A DNA stretch of 64,000 nt, taken from NCBI RefSeq assembly GCF_000143415.4, contig NW_003314314.1, forward strand, positions 687,771-751,770, written 5' to 3'. This DNA is from Selaginella moellendorffii (lineage: Eukaryota; Plantae; Lycopodiophyta). Of the stretch, positions 49,610 through 63,647 are shown in pieces. The translations under genes and the position numbers were made by a program. The stretch's first letter is position 1, and the number at the start of each line of letters is the position of its first letter. The notes beneath the pieces were generated by a model. It searched no databases, was not told where the DNA came from, and saw only the letters and a program-made list of their open reading frames with translations.

Positions 49610-51959
49610 ATGGCGTCGCTCGATCACAGGGAAGCACGGCGAGCACAGGTGCGCTGGGCTAGAATCGAGGGGCTGAGCCCGGTGTTGCCGATTCCACGCG
49701 ATAATCTGGGCCTCGGCGGTGCTGGATTGGGATTCGCGAGCATCAGCTTGTTTGGACGCCGCAAGCAAGAGAATGCGGGCCGGGAGGAGGCTGCTCCGGC
49801 TCAAGCGGTGCCATACTCGCCCAAGCGCGGGACGTATGCGCATGACGCTCTACAGCGGAGGTTTAAGGTGGGATTTTAGATTGTTTTGTTTATTCCCATG
49901 CCGTGACGAAGGAAGATCTTTGTCTTTGGCTCTTTCAGGAGCTGGACAAGCAAAACGCTGGGCACATAAGCGAGAATGATCTGAAAGCGGTGCTCAAGAG
50001 CCTCAATCTCCCATCGTCGGAAGAGGTACTAAAATTCGGTTCTGTTAAGTGTTTGTTTTCTATTATCTCTTTGGTGTTGTGACGTTTTCTATGCACAGAA
50101 TGTTCAAGAGTTTCTCGATTCGCTTGGTGGCAATACTGTGCCATTTGATCAGTTCGCGGAGTACGCTGTTAGCCGAGAAAACCTCCTGTTTGATACCTTC
50201 AGAGAGCTCGACAAGAATAACGTACGAATCATATCATGTCCGTCTAGTTCTTATTGTTCTCTGTTGTCTGTTTGGCTTGCAACAGACAGGATACCTTACT
50301 ACGAACGAAATAAAAGCCGCGTTGGTGAAATACAAGTTCCGGTAGGCTGTGCAAAGTATGTGAATTGCGAACTCTCTCTCTCGGTTTTCTTTTTTTTTTT
50401 TGCGTTTCAGGTTTTCGGACAGTGATCTGCAAGCACTTGCTCGGACCTACAGCAAAGTTGGTGCTGGTCCTTTTGATGAAAACCAGCTCTTTGATTTTGC
50501 TGATTACAGGTAATTCATATGCATTCTCGGTACTGGTGGTTGCGACTAAGAACTGAATTTTTACTGCAGGAATTGCTTGATGGCGTACAGTCAAAAGGAT
50601 CTGATAGACGCGGATCAAGTTTGGGCTCGAGCTGCGATAGATGTAGGGGACGTGGATACATCTTTCCCTCTTATATCTGCGAAGAAAGGAAAAGCTGGCG
50701 ACCTCCTCCTGTCGAAGGACAAGATATTGAAGCATTTGTCTCTTGGTGTGCTTGCCTCCGCAGTAACGAGGACGCTCGTGGCACCTCTGGAACGTGTGAA
50801 GGTACTACTCTTTTCACACCTTCCGAACATGACAAGAATTTGTTTGGCTGAAATTGCAGCTTCTCTCAACGGTGGATTCCAATATTGCTTTTGGGAAGGC
50901 TTTCGAAGAAATCCGGAAGTAAGCGGTTCTACTTACCTGGTTGCAGTTGCTGACATCACTTAGTGCTTGACTGCAGGGACGAGGGGTTTCAAGGACTTTT
51001 TAGAGGCAACTTACTGAATGTGGCCCGCGTGATTCCAACCAGGGTATGACTTGCAAAGCTCAAATTTGTTTCGCTTTGTTGACTGTTTGCATGTGTAGGT
51101 CGTGGAGTTCCTTGTTTATGACAAACTTAAAGAAACGCTGCTGAGTAAAAGAAAGCAGTCAGAAATTTCTAATTTCGATCGCTTACTTTTGGGGACGTTT
51201 GCTTCTATGGCTGGTGTTATTGCCGGGTATCCTCTGGATACCATGAGAACGGTTCTAGCGTCACAATTACCAAACAGGCATGTGGACGACTTGATGGTAA
51301 AATCTGCTTTGGACAATGGCGGATTTCTAAACTTGTACAGAGGCCTTATACCCAACTTGGTACGTAGTTTTACGAGCTGCGCTGTTTGCAATCTCTGATC
51401 CCTGAGTGTTTATTTGGCAGGCGAGGGCAGTACCATATACTCTGATAACTTTCACTGTATTTAATCATTTGCAAGAACGTCATAGACAAAAGACTGGTCC
51501 TGGTGGCGAGATTAAAACTTCCGTGGATGCTTTATTCGGGTAAGCGTTGTCTTACATTTTTGTGAACCTGGTTTGACACGCGCTTGGCCATTTTCCACTT
51601 TAGGATAGTGGCGGCTACGGCGGCACAGACCCTGGTGCATCCTCTCGAAGTGGTTCAACGGAGGTTGCAGGTATCGTTGAGAGAACTTTGACCTGGATTA
51701 ATTACTTGTACAGGCTGAGACTGCAAAGCAAGGAGTACTGGTATACAATAACATGATAAATGCTTTCCAAGTTATCCTTGAAAAGGAGGGTGTAAATGGC
51801 CTTTATTCAGGTATGTCGTGAATACTTTCGTTCTGTTTTGACTTGAGAAATGTTACAGGGTTGGCCGCAAGCTATGTCAAAATTGTTCCTGCGACTGCGA
51901 TCTCCTTACTCCTGTATAAAGCGCTCAAAGAAAAGCTCGACGATAGGCAGAGGCGATAA
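49610..51959 (+). CDS. Ca2+-binding (EF-hand) mitochondrial carrier family protein (APC/SLC25A24-like), multi-exon
   Basis: EF-hand FQELDKQNAGHISENDLK. Three MCF signatures: APLERVK, YPLDTMR and HPLEVVQR. Many ~50-nt GT-AG introns and a stop at 51957-51959. Start is uncertain. Confidence 0.85.
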
Positions 51960-54900
51960 GGTACTGCACGGTTTGTTTTCTGAGTGCCTCAAAATGGTTC
52001 ATCTGCAGGTTTGGCGAGTCACGTGTTCACTGTTTTAGCTGCTTCCATTGTGGAAACTACTTATTGAACCACAGCTTCCGAAAACAGTTTGAACGACTTG
52101 ATTAGTCACACGACTTGGGAGCCTGAAAAGGAAGGCCTTCAGGTATGCCTTCGGCAATATACGCTGAAAACCTTGTTTCTTTGGAATTACTAGATTTGCT
52201 CCTGCAACTAGCAAAGTCACCTGGTTCTATATCCACAAGACCATTAGAAGTAAAGCTCACGTACTCAATGAGCTTATCTCTCCGGTATGCGCCTGTACTT
52301 CTTTTGGTTTTTGCACGCGATCTTTGTGTCTTGTGCAACGTTTGTACATTGTTTAAGACGGTTCTCTGACGAAAAGTTGCACAAGGCATGACGATTGCGA
52401 GATGTTTCGAAGGCTAGAGCATAGGCTTGCTGGTAGTGGTCGGCAATGGTGATCTGGAGGAGAGTATTCTAAGATGATCGCGGCTGGCTGGTGACAATAG
52501 TTCCCGCGGCTAGATAGGCAGGAAGTTGAAGCGTCACGCTTGAGAGTTCCGGGTAGCAGAAGGAACACAGGGACATTGTTGGGGCTGCATATGGACAGGA
52601 TCAATCAGGGAAAAGCTAGCTAGCAGCAAAGCGAGCTGTGGTACCGTCGAAATGAGAAGTTGGCGAAATGTGAGGAAGAAGGGTCGTCCAACAGAAGGGA
52701 CGTATCAAAGTCCGGGAAAATGGAAAGACCCAAGGAAAAGGAAGGCGGAGGCAGCCACGCGTTGGACATAGACTGGAAATTCCAATGAATGCGCGTGTTG
52801 GGCGTCTCCAGACAACGACGAGGACGTTGATAAGTTAAATCAATATGAAGTACCAGGTAGCAAGCAAGCCAAGCAGAAGAGGCAGGGGGAGAGGAAAATC
52901 ACAAGAGAAATGATAAGCTCCGCGATTAGAAGGCTGATGGTGGTGCATTTGGTGACGAGGAAAGGAGGCAGCAGAGTAGCAGCAGTAGCAGTGGCAGAAA
53001 CAGCAGTAGCAGAGCAGCAACTCATCAGGCACAGACCACCTCTTTAGTGTTTTTCTTTTATGCTGTTCTTGCTGGCTATGGTGGGGAGAGGTGGGAAGCT
53101 TGGGGAAGTGTCACATACATAGGGAAGAGAAAGAACAGATGAAGGATTGAAGAAGAGGAGGCTGCTGTTGTACTAGACACACTCTAGTACAGAGGTTTGG
53201 ACAGGAGGTCATAATTAGCATCATATGAATTCCCATCTCATGCAAGGAAAAACAGCAGCATTTAGTAGCTGTCATGTGGCACACAAAGCTCACACACACT
53301 CTCCCACACACAAGTTTGGGAGCTGGCATTGGTGGGGAGAAAAGGCAGGCATTGTTTGCATGCTCAGTAAATGAATGCCCCCAGGATATTCACTTAGCTT
53401 GTAAGGGCATCATTGCATGATTCCCAAGTGGAAAGGTGGTGGAGTTTTGGGGGCTGGAGACCTCTAGAGAGAGACATTAGAACACATGTTTCCTATCTGA
53501 TCGTTGGGGGCCATGAATTGATGAACTTCTTCACCCTCTGTGAAAAGGATTGTCTGTGTACACAGCCAGCAAGCAAGCAACCAAGGGTTTCAACTTTACA
53601 GTATTTATTTGCATAGATTAGGAGGAGCAGAGAGGCAAGGACAAATTTGTTCCAGGCTAGTGACAATGGCAAGGCTCTCAACCAAGAACAAGAACAATTT
53701 CTCTTTGCAGCAGCAACAGTCAAATAGTGGAGGGGAGACTGCTGCTGCTGGTGCTGCTGGTGCCACCCAATGTTAGGCTGGCCGCCTTCACTACCCTTGC
53801 TCTCAACTCTTTCTCTCTCATTTTATAAGACAACTGTTGGAATCCTGCACCAAGTATATATAATATTATTATATATTTCCTAGTTTTCTGTTCTGGTTGC
53901 AGTTTAAAATTCCAAATTCAGGACTCTTGTATGATATGTGGAGTGTTTTCTCTTTCTTGTATGCTATGTGGAGTGTTTTCTCTCTGCTGTGCATGGCTGC
54001 CAACGTTTTTAAAGAGCCCCCCTCCTCCCACCTGTGGAAAGGAAGTTAGGGATGTGGCTGAAATTGGCCTGTTATTGTTGTTTGTTTGTTTGCTTCTAGC
54101 CTAGTGGTCCACCTTTTGACCGCACCCCTCCCCACCCTTTTGTTTTGCTTGCATTATTCTTACCTTTTATCGCCACAACTGCTAGCCATGCAAACAAAGA
54201 TCTCAGGAGAAAAAGAGGTGTGTGTTTTGTGATTGAGATGAAATGAGAGAGAGAGGCCCCAGCCAGCCAAGCAATAGCTCCATTCATTCAATTCAAATCT
54301 TTTGGGCATTCTTTACCACCTTTTTGCAACATCTGACCGGGCGCGTCCGTACCGTGGATCTGGGTCCGGGATTCAGCACGCCCATCGAAAGTGAGATGGT
54401 TGACGACGAGGGGAAGAATACTGAGCATCTGGATTGCCCTGAAATTTTGGGAGTGATGCGATCTTGGTGGTGGTGTATTTCCACAAGCTTTTCCTTTAGG
54501 TGGAGGCGGGTGAAAAAGTCTCTCGCCCAAAATTCAACAGGCTGGAAAGGCAACGAGTTCTCAGCCTTCCAAGAACTTGAGATGACAAAAGTATACGGAA
54601 GAGGAAGAATTTCCAGCTCCATGCTCGTTTACGTTTCGTTCGTTCTATCCATCCATCAATCAATCAAGCCATCCAAGGTAGAGATTTGGGCACAAATGTG
54701 GTAAGAAAAAGGTGGTGCGGCTGGCTTTTCATTGCATTCTAGGCAGCTACTAGCTGCTAGCCAGCTACAAGAATTCATGTAAAGCGCAAAAAAAAAAAAA
54801 AAAAAACAAAAAAAAAAGAGAGTGGTCACTTCATTTGTTTTGTCCTTGCCTCTTTTTTCTTCGATTTCGTCCCCAACGGGCAGCGAAAATTCGTCCCCTA

Positions 54901-55694
54901 GCTAACCTAAAATCTACGCATCAATCAAATCTAGAAGCCCTCTCGCACCAGGAATATCCCTCCACGTTTTGAAATTCAAAGGCTCTGGCGCGCGCGCGAA
55001 GTGCGGGGATTGGATGATCGATCGAATCGAATTCTTCCCGGCGAGTGAGGCGAGTGGAGGAGAGGAGAGGAGAGTGGAGTGGAGCGAGTGAAATCGACCC
55101 ACACGACTTTGGAGTGGGCGCGGCAATGATTAATCATTGAATACAGGGAGATTTTCCCAGCCGGAGGTACAAGGCATGGCGGCCAGAAGTGCCCAGAAAG
55201 AGCAACAAGCAACGACGAACAAGGAACAAAGGAACGGAAAAAGCAACACGGCAGATAGCGCAGCACACGCAGCTAGTGCTAGAAGAGCCAAAAAAGATAG
55301 AGAAAGCAAAAGCAAAACAAAACACCCCCCCAAGATCTGGACAGACAAAGCCTGCGCAGGGAGGAAAGCAAAGAAAAGGAGAAATTTCATCATCGCTCAC
55401 TACGTCTCTCAGATCCCCTCGTTGTCTCTCGCGAGAAAAAGCTACTCCATGCGTGCTCAAAGGAGGGAGAAAAAGAATTTCAAAGGAAAAAGGAACAAAG
55501 AAGAACAAAAGGAGACAAGAAAAAAAAATCACCACCTTCGCTGCAAATCTACAAACAATGTTAGCCGCTACTCTTCTCCGGAACCAATTCGCGCATCCAT
55601 CATCCAATCCTCTTCTCGCCCAATTCCCAGCTCTCGATGGAGAAAATCTCCACGACCCAAGGCCCAAAATCCTTCCAGGACCCAGGGCGCTCTC

Positions 55695-58336
55695 CTAGAT
55701 GCTCGAATTGGACGTGCCCACCGCGGCGCCGCGCACCCACCGCCAAAAGTACTCCCCGCCGCGCAGCCCAATGACGCTGGGCGGGCGGTCGCTCCTCGCG
55801 CTCGCCATCACCGTACGGTAGACGTACAGCATATCCACCGTATATTCGTCCTCCGTGCTCTCCTTGACGAGCTCCACGTTGAGCCACGGCAGCTTCTTGG
55901 ACAGCTCGTCGCAGCCCGCGATGCTCACCCGGCAGCCCGAGAGCCAGAGGAAGCGCATCGTCTCGTAGCGCTCCAGCCCCGCCAGGAGCGCGCGATCGCC
56001 AAACGGGCAGTCGCGGATCTCCAGCTTGCGGATCTTGGTGCATCCCCGGAACACCGCCTCCAAGCCCACATCGCTGTCCGCCGCGAACGCCACCGAGAGC
56101 GTCTCCACGTTCTTGCCGAATTCGCCGATGTACTGGAAGGCGCGATCGGTGAGCAGGCCCGAGACCGCGAGGCGCTTGAGGTCCTTGCAGTTCTTGACGA
56201 TGGCGCCGAATCCCTCGTCCAGCGGCTCGCCCGTGACGTGATCCGGCTGCCGGGTGGTGATGATGCACAGGCGGAAGCGGCGCATCTTGGAGCAGGCGCG
56301 CGACATGGCGGTGATGGCCGAGTTCGTCATCCGGCGGCAGAAGTAGAGGATCGAGGAGAGGTTGGCGCAGCCCTCGGAGATGGCGAGCAGGCCTTGCTCG
56401 GTCACCACGCCGACGCCCTCGTGATCCGCCGGGAACACCCGGAGCTCGCGAAGATCCTTGCAGGTGTTGGCCACGGTGCGCAGCCCGGCGTCCTCGACAT
56501 TGTCCTGGAGCTGCGACCAGGGGAGAAAAGCAAAAGTGAGATGAATGGATCATGGATCGATCGATCGAGAGAATGCATGGGCTTTTTGACTGGGTCGATC
56601 GAGAGCGAGCGAGAGGCTGCTTGCCTCCATTCGTGAGCGAATGAGTCGCAAGCAATCATGATGCAAGAGAAGAGATGCCAATGGCCATGCCATGCCACAC
56701 CAGCAAAAACCGAAAAAGCAAAAAGGAGCAAAAGTCAGAGAGGCTCGCATGTTCATTGTTCAGAATCAAACTATCACGCAGAAGGGGAAAAAAAAAAAAA
56801 ACGAGAAAAGAAAAGAGAGAACACCAGAGAAGGGGACAGCCACAAATCGACCTGGAGACGACCCAAGAGGCAAAACTCAGCGCAACCCAGCTCGTGATTC
56901 CCGCGGCCGGGTATAACCCATCAAGGAAATCGCGAATGCACGCCCGTAGCAAGGAGCCCACGATCGAGATCACACCCAACCAAAAAGAAACGAAAAAAAA
57001 AACAAAAACACCGCACAAAAGCAGGGGATCACATACCATCAATGCACGCACACGAACACTACTACTACTACTAAAACCTCGCCTCGATCGATCAATCACC
57101 ATGGAGCAACAAAGACGCCATAGAACCATGAAAAATCCAAGAGCGAGAGCGAGAGAGACTTACCCACAACCTCTGGAGCTTGTGGCAGTGGCTGAGCAGC
57201 TGGAGGAGATCCGCGTTGCGGAGGTTGGCGTAGCTGAGGTTGAGCGAGAGGAGGTTGAGGCAAACCGGGTAGAGCGCGATGAGACACGGCGGCTCCGCCT
57301 CCCAGATCCCGGACAAGCTCTGCAGCTTGGTGCAACTCGCGAGACACGCACTCAGGTCCTGAATCCGCTCCCACTGAATCATCTCCTGCTGCTCCGGAGC
57401 CGGCTGCGGCTGCACCTGCACCTGCACCTGCATCTGCGCCTGAAGCTGCTGCGGAAGCGGAAGCGGAAGCCCACCTACGCCAACTGCTCCGCCGCCGTTA
57501 AGGTTCCCGATGCCGCTCATCGAGCCCGTGCCCAGATCCGTGAGCTGCGGCCCGCAGCGCTGGAGCAGCTTCTGCAATTGCCACAGCGCCACCTTTTTGT
57601 TGAGGCCCAGGCTCCGGAGCTGCGGGTTGCGAGCGACCAGCGCGTCCAGGGCGTCGAAGTCCACGGCCGCGTCCAGGCAGGAGAAGTGGAGCGCCAGGAG
57701 CGAGGTTGTGGTGTCCGGGAAGGCGCTGATCCAGTCCACGCCGCTGTGATCCTCCACCAGGCTCTCCTGGAGGTTGAGCTCCTGCAAGTTCCTGGAGAGA
57801 TCATCACGGCGACGGCGATGAGCATCCAATCAATCCGTCCAGAGGAGAGGAGATGCTTACCGGCAGTTCCTGGCGATGGAGGCGAGGCCCTTGGTGCTGA
57901 AGCCGTCGCAATTGTTAAGCACGATGACGCGGAAGCTTGGGAAGGAGGTGGCGAGGAGATCGAGCGCCTCGTCGCTCACGCACATCCGCTTGAGGCGGAG
58001 CTCCTCCAGCGGGAGCGACGCGTGCGCGAAGGTGACGATCCATGGCAGGAGATAGGCTCCCCAATGCGGGGGCAAGAGATTGAAATCCGCGAAGCGCGGC
58101 TTGCCCTTGAGCGTGAGGGAGCGCACCTTGGGGAAGCGTCGCGCGACGAGCTCCGGCGAGACCGAGTAGCAGTTGCCGATGAAGAGGTTGGCGCGGCTGG
58201 CGGCCTCGGCCTTGTACCACGACTTGCAGACGAGCGACACCGAGTTGCGATCGCGGTGGGAGGAGAGGAAGACGAGGACGTGCTCGAGGATGTCGTCCGG
58301 GAACTCGTACACCATGTCTCGGGCGAAGCCTCTCAT
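55695..58336 (-). CDS. TIR1: TIR1/AFB-family auxin receptor F-box/LRR protein, 3 exons
   Basis: Exons 58336-57861, 57791-57164 and 56510-55695. [62 protein letters not shown] and YVYRTV. Confidence 0.95.
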
Positions 58337-61300
58337 CAAAGCCCGGCGATTGGAAGCGATCTAGCTTGAAGAGTGGGGGTGGAGAAACAGGGGAGTGGTG
58401 GATCAATCGGCGGGATTTGGCGCGTGGGTTCGCGACTGGAGGGCTGCTCCTGGCGATTGGGAGGATTTTAGAGCGACCCAAGTCCTTATCTCCAGCTGTT
58501 CTTGTCTCCTGGCAGGACCCATCAAGACCAAATCCCTCTCGCTCTCTCGCTCTTCCAAGTTGCGCTTGAATCCACCAGCGTCCGTGTCTCTCCCCGGCCG
58601 CGATCTAGCTAAGCGCAGCTATGGCCGCGTGGGATCCCTTGGAACCCCCGACCACCAGCACAAGCCACAGCGCGCTTGTTCTTTGCTTGTTCTTCCGTCT
58701 CTCCTTTATCCCCTCCCTCCCCTGTTCTTCTTGCGCTCGCTCGTCGGTGACGCCCACTGTATCAGACACCTATTCGCTGCTGGTGATCCGTCCTCCTCAT
58801 CCATTCTCGCCATTCCCGCCGGGTCAAAGCGCCCAGATCGCCGAATCCATCCCCTCCATCGCCGCAAGAACGACCACCCGATCAAAATCAATCAATCAGC
58901 CCATCTCCGCTTTCCTTGTCTTCCCTCTCCAGGATCGAGGAGAAGAACTCTCTAGCTAGCACCAATTTCTTGGCTCTCGCTCGCATCGCTCGCTCTCTCG
59001 CGACTCGCGAGCGACAAAAAAAAAAACATAAGAAAAAACACACACACTCACACACACACGGCCTTGATTTCGAGCACACACTAAACTGGATTTGCGTCAA
59101 ATCTTGGGGTACGCTTGGCTGTCGGATTTGAGAGCGCGACTGACGTCCGCCGGCCACCCGCCTCGTATAAAGCGGGAAAACGGACCGTATCTCGCATTAA
59201 CCACGCCGTAGCGTACTGCTCTACATACAGCCCTAAGCACCTGGCGAATATTCGGGTTTGCGCTGGTCAAGCCCTTGACCGCATATTCCGCCAAAGATGC
59301 GCCCCTCTAAATGGCCCATCATAAATTTTTGTGCCACGTTGGTACTTGGAAAAGTAGCCGTAGCATTGTGCATGATCATCATCAGCCAACGTACTTACTA
59401 TCATTCGGGCGAGAAAATAAAAGGAAAATACCCCAAGGTGTTTTGCCTGCTATGGTTAAGATTTGGTAGAGATTTTTATTTCTTTTTAGAAGTTTGCTTC
59501 GCGGATCCCCCATTCAGGCTCGATCAGGCATGTCGGCGTCTCATTTAAATCGCTGTTCTAGCCTGCTTTAGTTCGTGTCTCGAGTTTTATGATCCGATCG
59601 GTGTAAGTAGCTGCTAACTTTGAGATGAAATGTCCACTCTCGGATCAGCTCAACTCGATGCGATGCGAAGACAATGCTGCGCTAAACTCGCTCGTTCGTC
59701 CTAGAAATCCAAAAGGGGTACTTTTACCGCGTAAGTTTTTCCGTGTAGCGAAGCTCGCGCTCGCAGTCCTTTCAATCGATTTAACAATCGATCTTGTTGC
59801 AGAGGCAGCAGCGGCGGAGATATCTGCATGAGAGCCAAGCAAAAAACTCGTGAGTGCAGTGAGACTCGACGAAATCATGCTTACCAGTGCCACAACTCCA
59901 TAGTTTAGCTTTAAAAAACCTACCTCGATCGATGGCTGATAGATGGGCAGAACGTTTTTCTCGCCCAGCCATGGCGGACCAGAAGCTAGCTCCTCTCCTT
60001 TGCCTCTCTGCCAAAGCCGTGCCTTGTGTGAGTGAGACGAAGAACGAAGAAGATGGAAGCAAAAGGAGTGATAGCTTACTTATTTACTCGCTCCTCCTTT
60101 CAAGGCACGATGAAAAATGATATCTTATGATCGCTGCTGCTACCTCTGATTCCTGGAGTCTCTGCTCGCTCGCTGCTCGCATTTCTGTGCATGGCGATCA
60201 ATGCAATGCCTCTTTCCAGTCTGGACTGATCCAACTCCGATCTGATTGATCGTTTGATTCTTCCGAAATCCCTCCAGGAAATAAAAACTCTCCCCTCGCC
60301 ATAGGTGGTGGGGAGGAGCTTGTGTATTCCTTCACTTTCTCCAGTTGCTATATATACATACCTCTTCCTTTTGCGCTGGTCAGTGGTGGTGGATGATTGA
60401 TATAAAAACCTTGCATGGTTTTTCTTTGCGCTCGCCTCGATTTCTGAGACAAAATCGACAAAAGTAAGTGAGGAATCCAACAGCAGCAGCGACTCTAAAC
60501 GCAAATCCCTCTAGCTAAGCTAAAGAATGCTTGTTTATTTTTGTGATCTTCTCGGAGCACGAGGATCATGACGAGTAACTCTCATGATCTCCTCTCGCTG
60601 GTTTGATCCCAAGCACTAGATGGGTCGTGAGAGAATCGAGCAGTGACGCTACATACCTTGGATCCGAGGACGAGCGCCATGACCCAGCAGCGTCGTCATC
60701 GCGAGGGACCAGCGATTATAGCCGAAAACCCTGCCAACATTTTAACACGCTCTCAAGTTTTTGCATAAACAAAACTTCTTACGGAAAAGCGCGAGCAAAC
60801 AAGAAGAAGAAGCGTCGATTACTTTATTCCCTGCGGCTTTTGCTTCTCAGGAATGATTGAAGCGAAGCTTCTTTCCTTCGCAGAGAGAAAAAGATATAAA
60901 AAAACGAAAGGAAAAACAAATTTTTAGACGAAGATGAGGAAGAAAGAAGAAGAACCTCGCATTGAAACAATGATTGTGTTCGTATGAGAACTTGCATCGT
61001 CTCGTCGCCAAGGAGAAATAATTTAATCTTCTTTCTCCCAGCGAATAAACTCCGCTTTTCTCTTTCGTCTAGCGGCTGTTCATGATGGTCCAGATTTAAT
61101 TCCGGTGCTCCATTTGTGGTAGCTGCTTTTTTGACTTGGATAAACAAATACTTCCACCCCAAAGTTGCTGCGTTCATCTGGGAGATTTTCGTGCAAGACC
61201 AATGGGAGGAAAAAGCGAAAGCTCTCTGTGAAATGCAGCAGCAAAAATATACGAATCAATCAAGCAATCAATGCCGAATTGAAAAAGTCGCTCGCGTACC

Positions 61301-61358
61301 TCTGAGAAGTTTGTTTCTTTTTTCTTTCTATTGCCTGTTCCTTTTTCTCCATTGGCAA

Positions 61359-63407
61359 CTAACCGGCCAGAGCGACGAGGCTTTGCTGGACAACGGGAAC
61401 TGCGGCCACCACCGACGAGATTATTCCCGTGAGAGCATAAGCTATCGCACAAAACGGTAGTGCCTCGGGTTCTTTTGCGGATAGCGCTGCAGTGCCTAAT
61501 CCATGAGCACTGGCAAGAAGAAAAAGAAGAAGAAGGATCAGGACGATGATGAGACATTAAAGTTCACGCATTTTAAAATGCAAACCTGGAAGCTGTAGCC
61601 ATCCCTCTAGCAATCGGATCGTCCAGTTCGAGCTTATCCATTAATGTCTGCGCGAAGTTTGCTCCGACAAGACCGGTCAACACCACAACTGCTGCTGTCA
61701 ACGATTGATTTTGAGCTGTAGAAAATACCTGCGAGCTTACAAAACGATTCAATAGCAGGATAAAGTGAAAAGCAAACCTTCGAGTAGAGACGAGATTGGC
61801 AGCGCTAAAGCAACAGTAACACATCTCGGTACTATAGCTCGAGTGAATTGTCCGTCCAGGCCGAGGACTCGTCCAGCTGCTGCGGTGGAATACAGAGAAA
61901 AAAGCGACGATGCAATAACTGCTGAAAAAATCTCCGCGGCGTGCCTCTTGACAAGCTGAGTTTGGAAGAAACAAATTACTCTAAGTGAATGAACGAACGA
62001 GTCATATAAGATCTTACAGAAACGTCACCTTTCTTTGACGAAACATCGAGAACGAGAAAGAGAGAATCACCGAACCAAGAAATCCCATGAGCAAGTCACC
62101 GGCACCAGGATCCCTAGGATTCTTTGTCAAATAAGCTCCTGACAAAGAGGAATTTGACAAAACACGAATAAGTTGCAAAACAGGTTGCACAGGAAGTGTA
62201 CCTAGTATTGATTCGAATCCTCTTTGCGTGAAAAGGCCGAGCAAGAACGCGGCCAGGTCTGCAGCTATAGCACAGCACACAATCGGATGGAGCACCTTCT
62301 TAAGATCCGCTGGGAAGCTACAGCAGACAATGAAACAAAAAGTCGGTTAGAACTAAAGTTGGACGAGCAAACCTTGAGCCCAGCATATATCCGAGAACAG
62401 TTGCTGCAAGTAGAAAAGGCAGCGCTGTTGCTGGAAATGATCCAAGAGCCCCGGGAGACAAAACCGCTAGACCAAACGACAATACAAACACGATGGACCA
62501 GGTTGTTATCTCTTTCGCTGTGAATGGAGCAGGCTTTGGAGTCGGCTCCGTGGGCTCTAGCTTGGTTCGAACGATTCCCCTGACAGCCACCGCAGTGTAT
62601 CCCGCCACAGCCAAAGTTGCAGCCCATCCAAAAACTGCCAAGGAACAAACCATATCAGTAATGCCAAAACTTGAAACAGTTCTTTTATCTTACCGAGAAT
62701 GGCACCAATCTTTGCACCAGCGGACGCAGGAATACCTTTGGTTGCAAGTGGAATGACGACCAAGGAAGGCACATAAAAAAGTGGCAGCCATCTTTGTATG
62801 AACGTGATCGCTGGAGAAAAAAAGGAGACCACCGACGCAGCCGAGTCGGGTGATGCCGCGTCCAAAACGTTGAGGATGACGAAGATGCAAAACATCCCAA
62901 ACAACGCACTTGGAAACTTTATCGACGCTGAAACGAAGAGTTTCTTGAGTAGCTTATCCAGTCCCAGGAAAATTCCCAGTGACACTCCCAGATGAGCCAC
63001 CTACATTCGCAAGAAAACTTCAGTACTTCGAAAACTTGGCCGATAGAAAAAAGAAAACGAAAACGAAAAACTGGATCTACCTAGGACAAAAACTCAAAAG
63101 ATCTTACTCAGATCTCTCAACATAGAAGAAAGATTACTTGCGTGAGTGCCAGAGAAGAAGCTCTCCCTTCTCCACTGTTGTGTCCTTCGGTGCTCGAGGA
63201 TCTTCGCACGAGAACGAGACGACGATTTCTTCCCGAGAGCGCAAGTAAGTTACTCTGGATGTCCATTCCTCCACCACCACCAAGTCTCGAGAGAAGAACA
63301 CGACCAGTGCCACTTCGATTTCCAGGCTCGCAGGTATTTCTCTTCCATTTCTCCGGAGGATGGCAGCTCGGGCGAGGAGATCTGAGACTTAAACTCAGCA
63401 ATGCCAT
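61359..63407 (-). CDS. PLGG1: Plastidial glycolate/glycerate translocator (LrgB family), multi-exon
   Basis: Transit-peptide-like N-terminus. IKFPSALFGMF, FIQRWLPLFYVP, HPIVCCA, GAGDLLMGFLGSVILSF, AHGLGTAALSAKEPEALPFCAIAY. Confidence 0.93.
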
Positions 63408-63647
63408 CGAATCTACGTACCAATCGGCTACCAGGGATCCACTGTTCTTCCCGTCTCTTATCTCGTGAAGCCCAGACCTGTGGAAGAAAAAAATTCTTCT
63501 ATCTTAAAAAACCACCCAATAAAACCATGCCACTTCTTTTGTCGGGACCACGACACATACCTTTAAGTGTAACCGAAGGAAAAAAAGAGAAACCCTTGCT
63601 CCTCCTCTGCGATCGATCGGTCGCTCCAGCTCCATCGATTGATGCGA

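Larger units (their letters stand above)
46444..52928 (+). repeat. Segmental duplication copy 2 (complete)
   Basis: Direct repeat of 39224-43078 plus the 2.6 kb missing there. Confidence 0.93.

Noticed and set aside
52035-54700. Short ORFs or a possible miRNA locus
   Set aside because: No recognisable domain, conserved miRNA or long hairpin was found by eye.
55137-58369. 499- and 564-aa + strand ORFs
   Set aside because: Antisense shadows of the GC-rich TIR1/AFB exons. The same applies to 28702-29733 opposite DCAF13.
59600-61350. Possible small + strand gene (exon-like FNSGAPFVVAAFLTWINKYFHPK..)
   Set aside because: I could not assemble a supported gene model or recognise a family. It needs RNA-seq.
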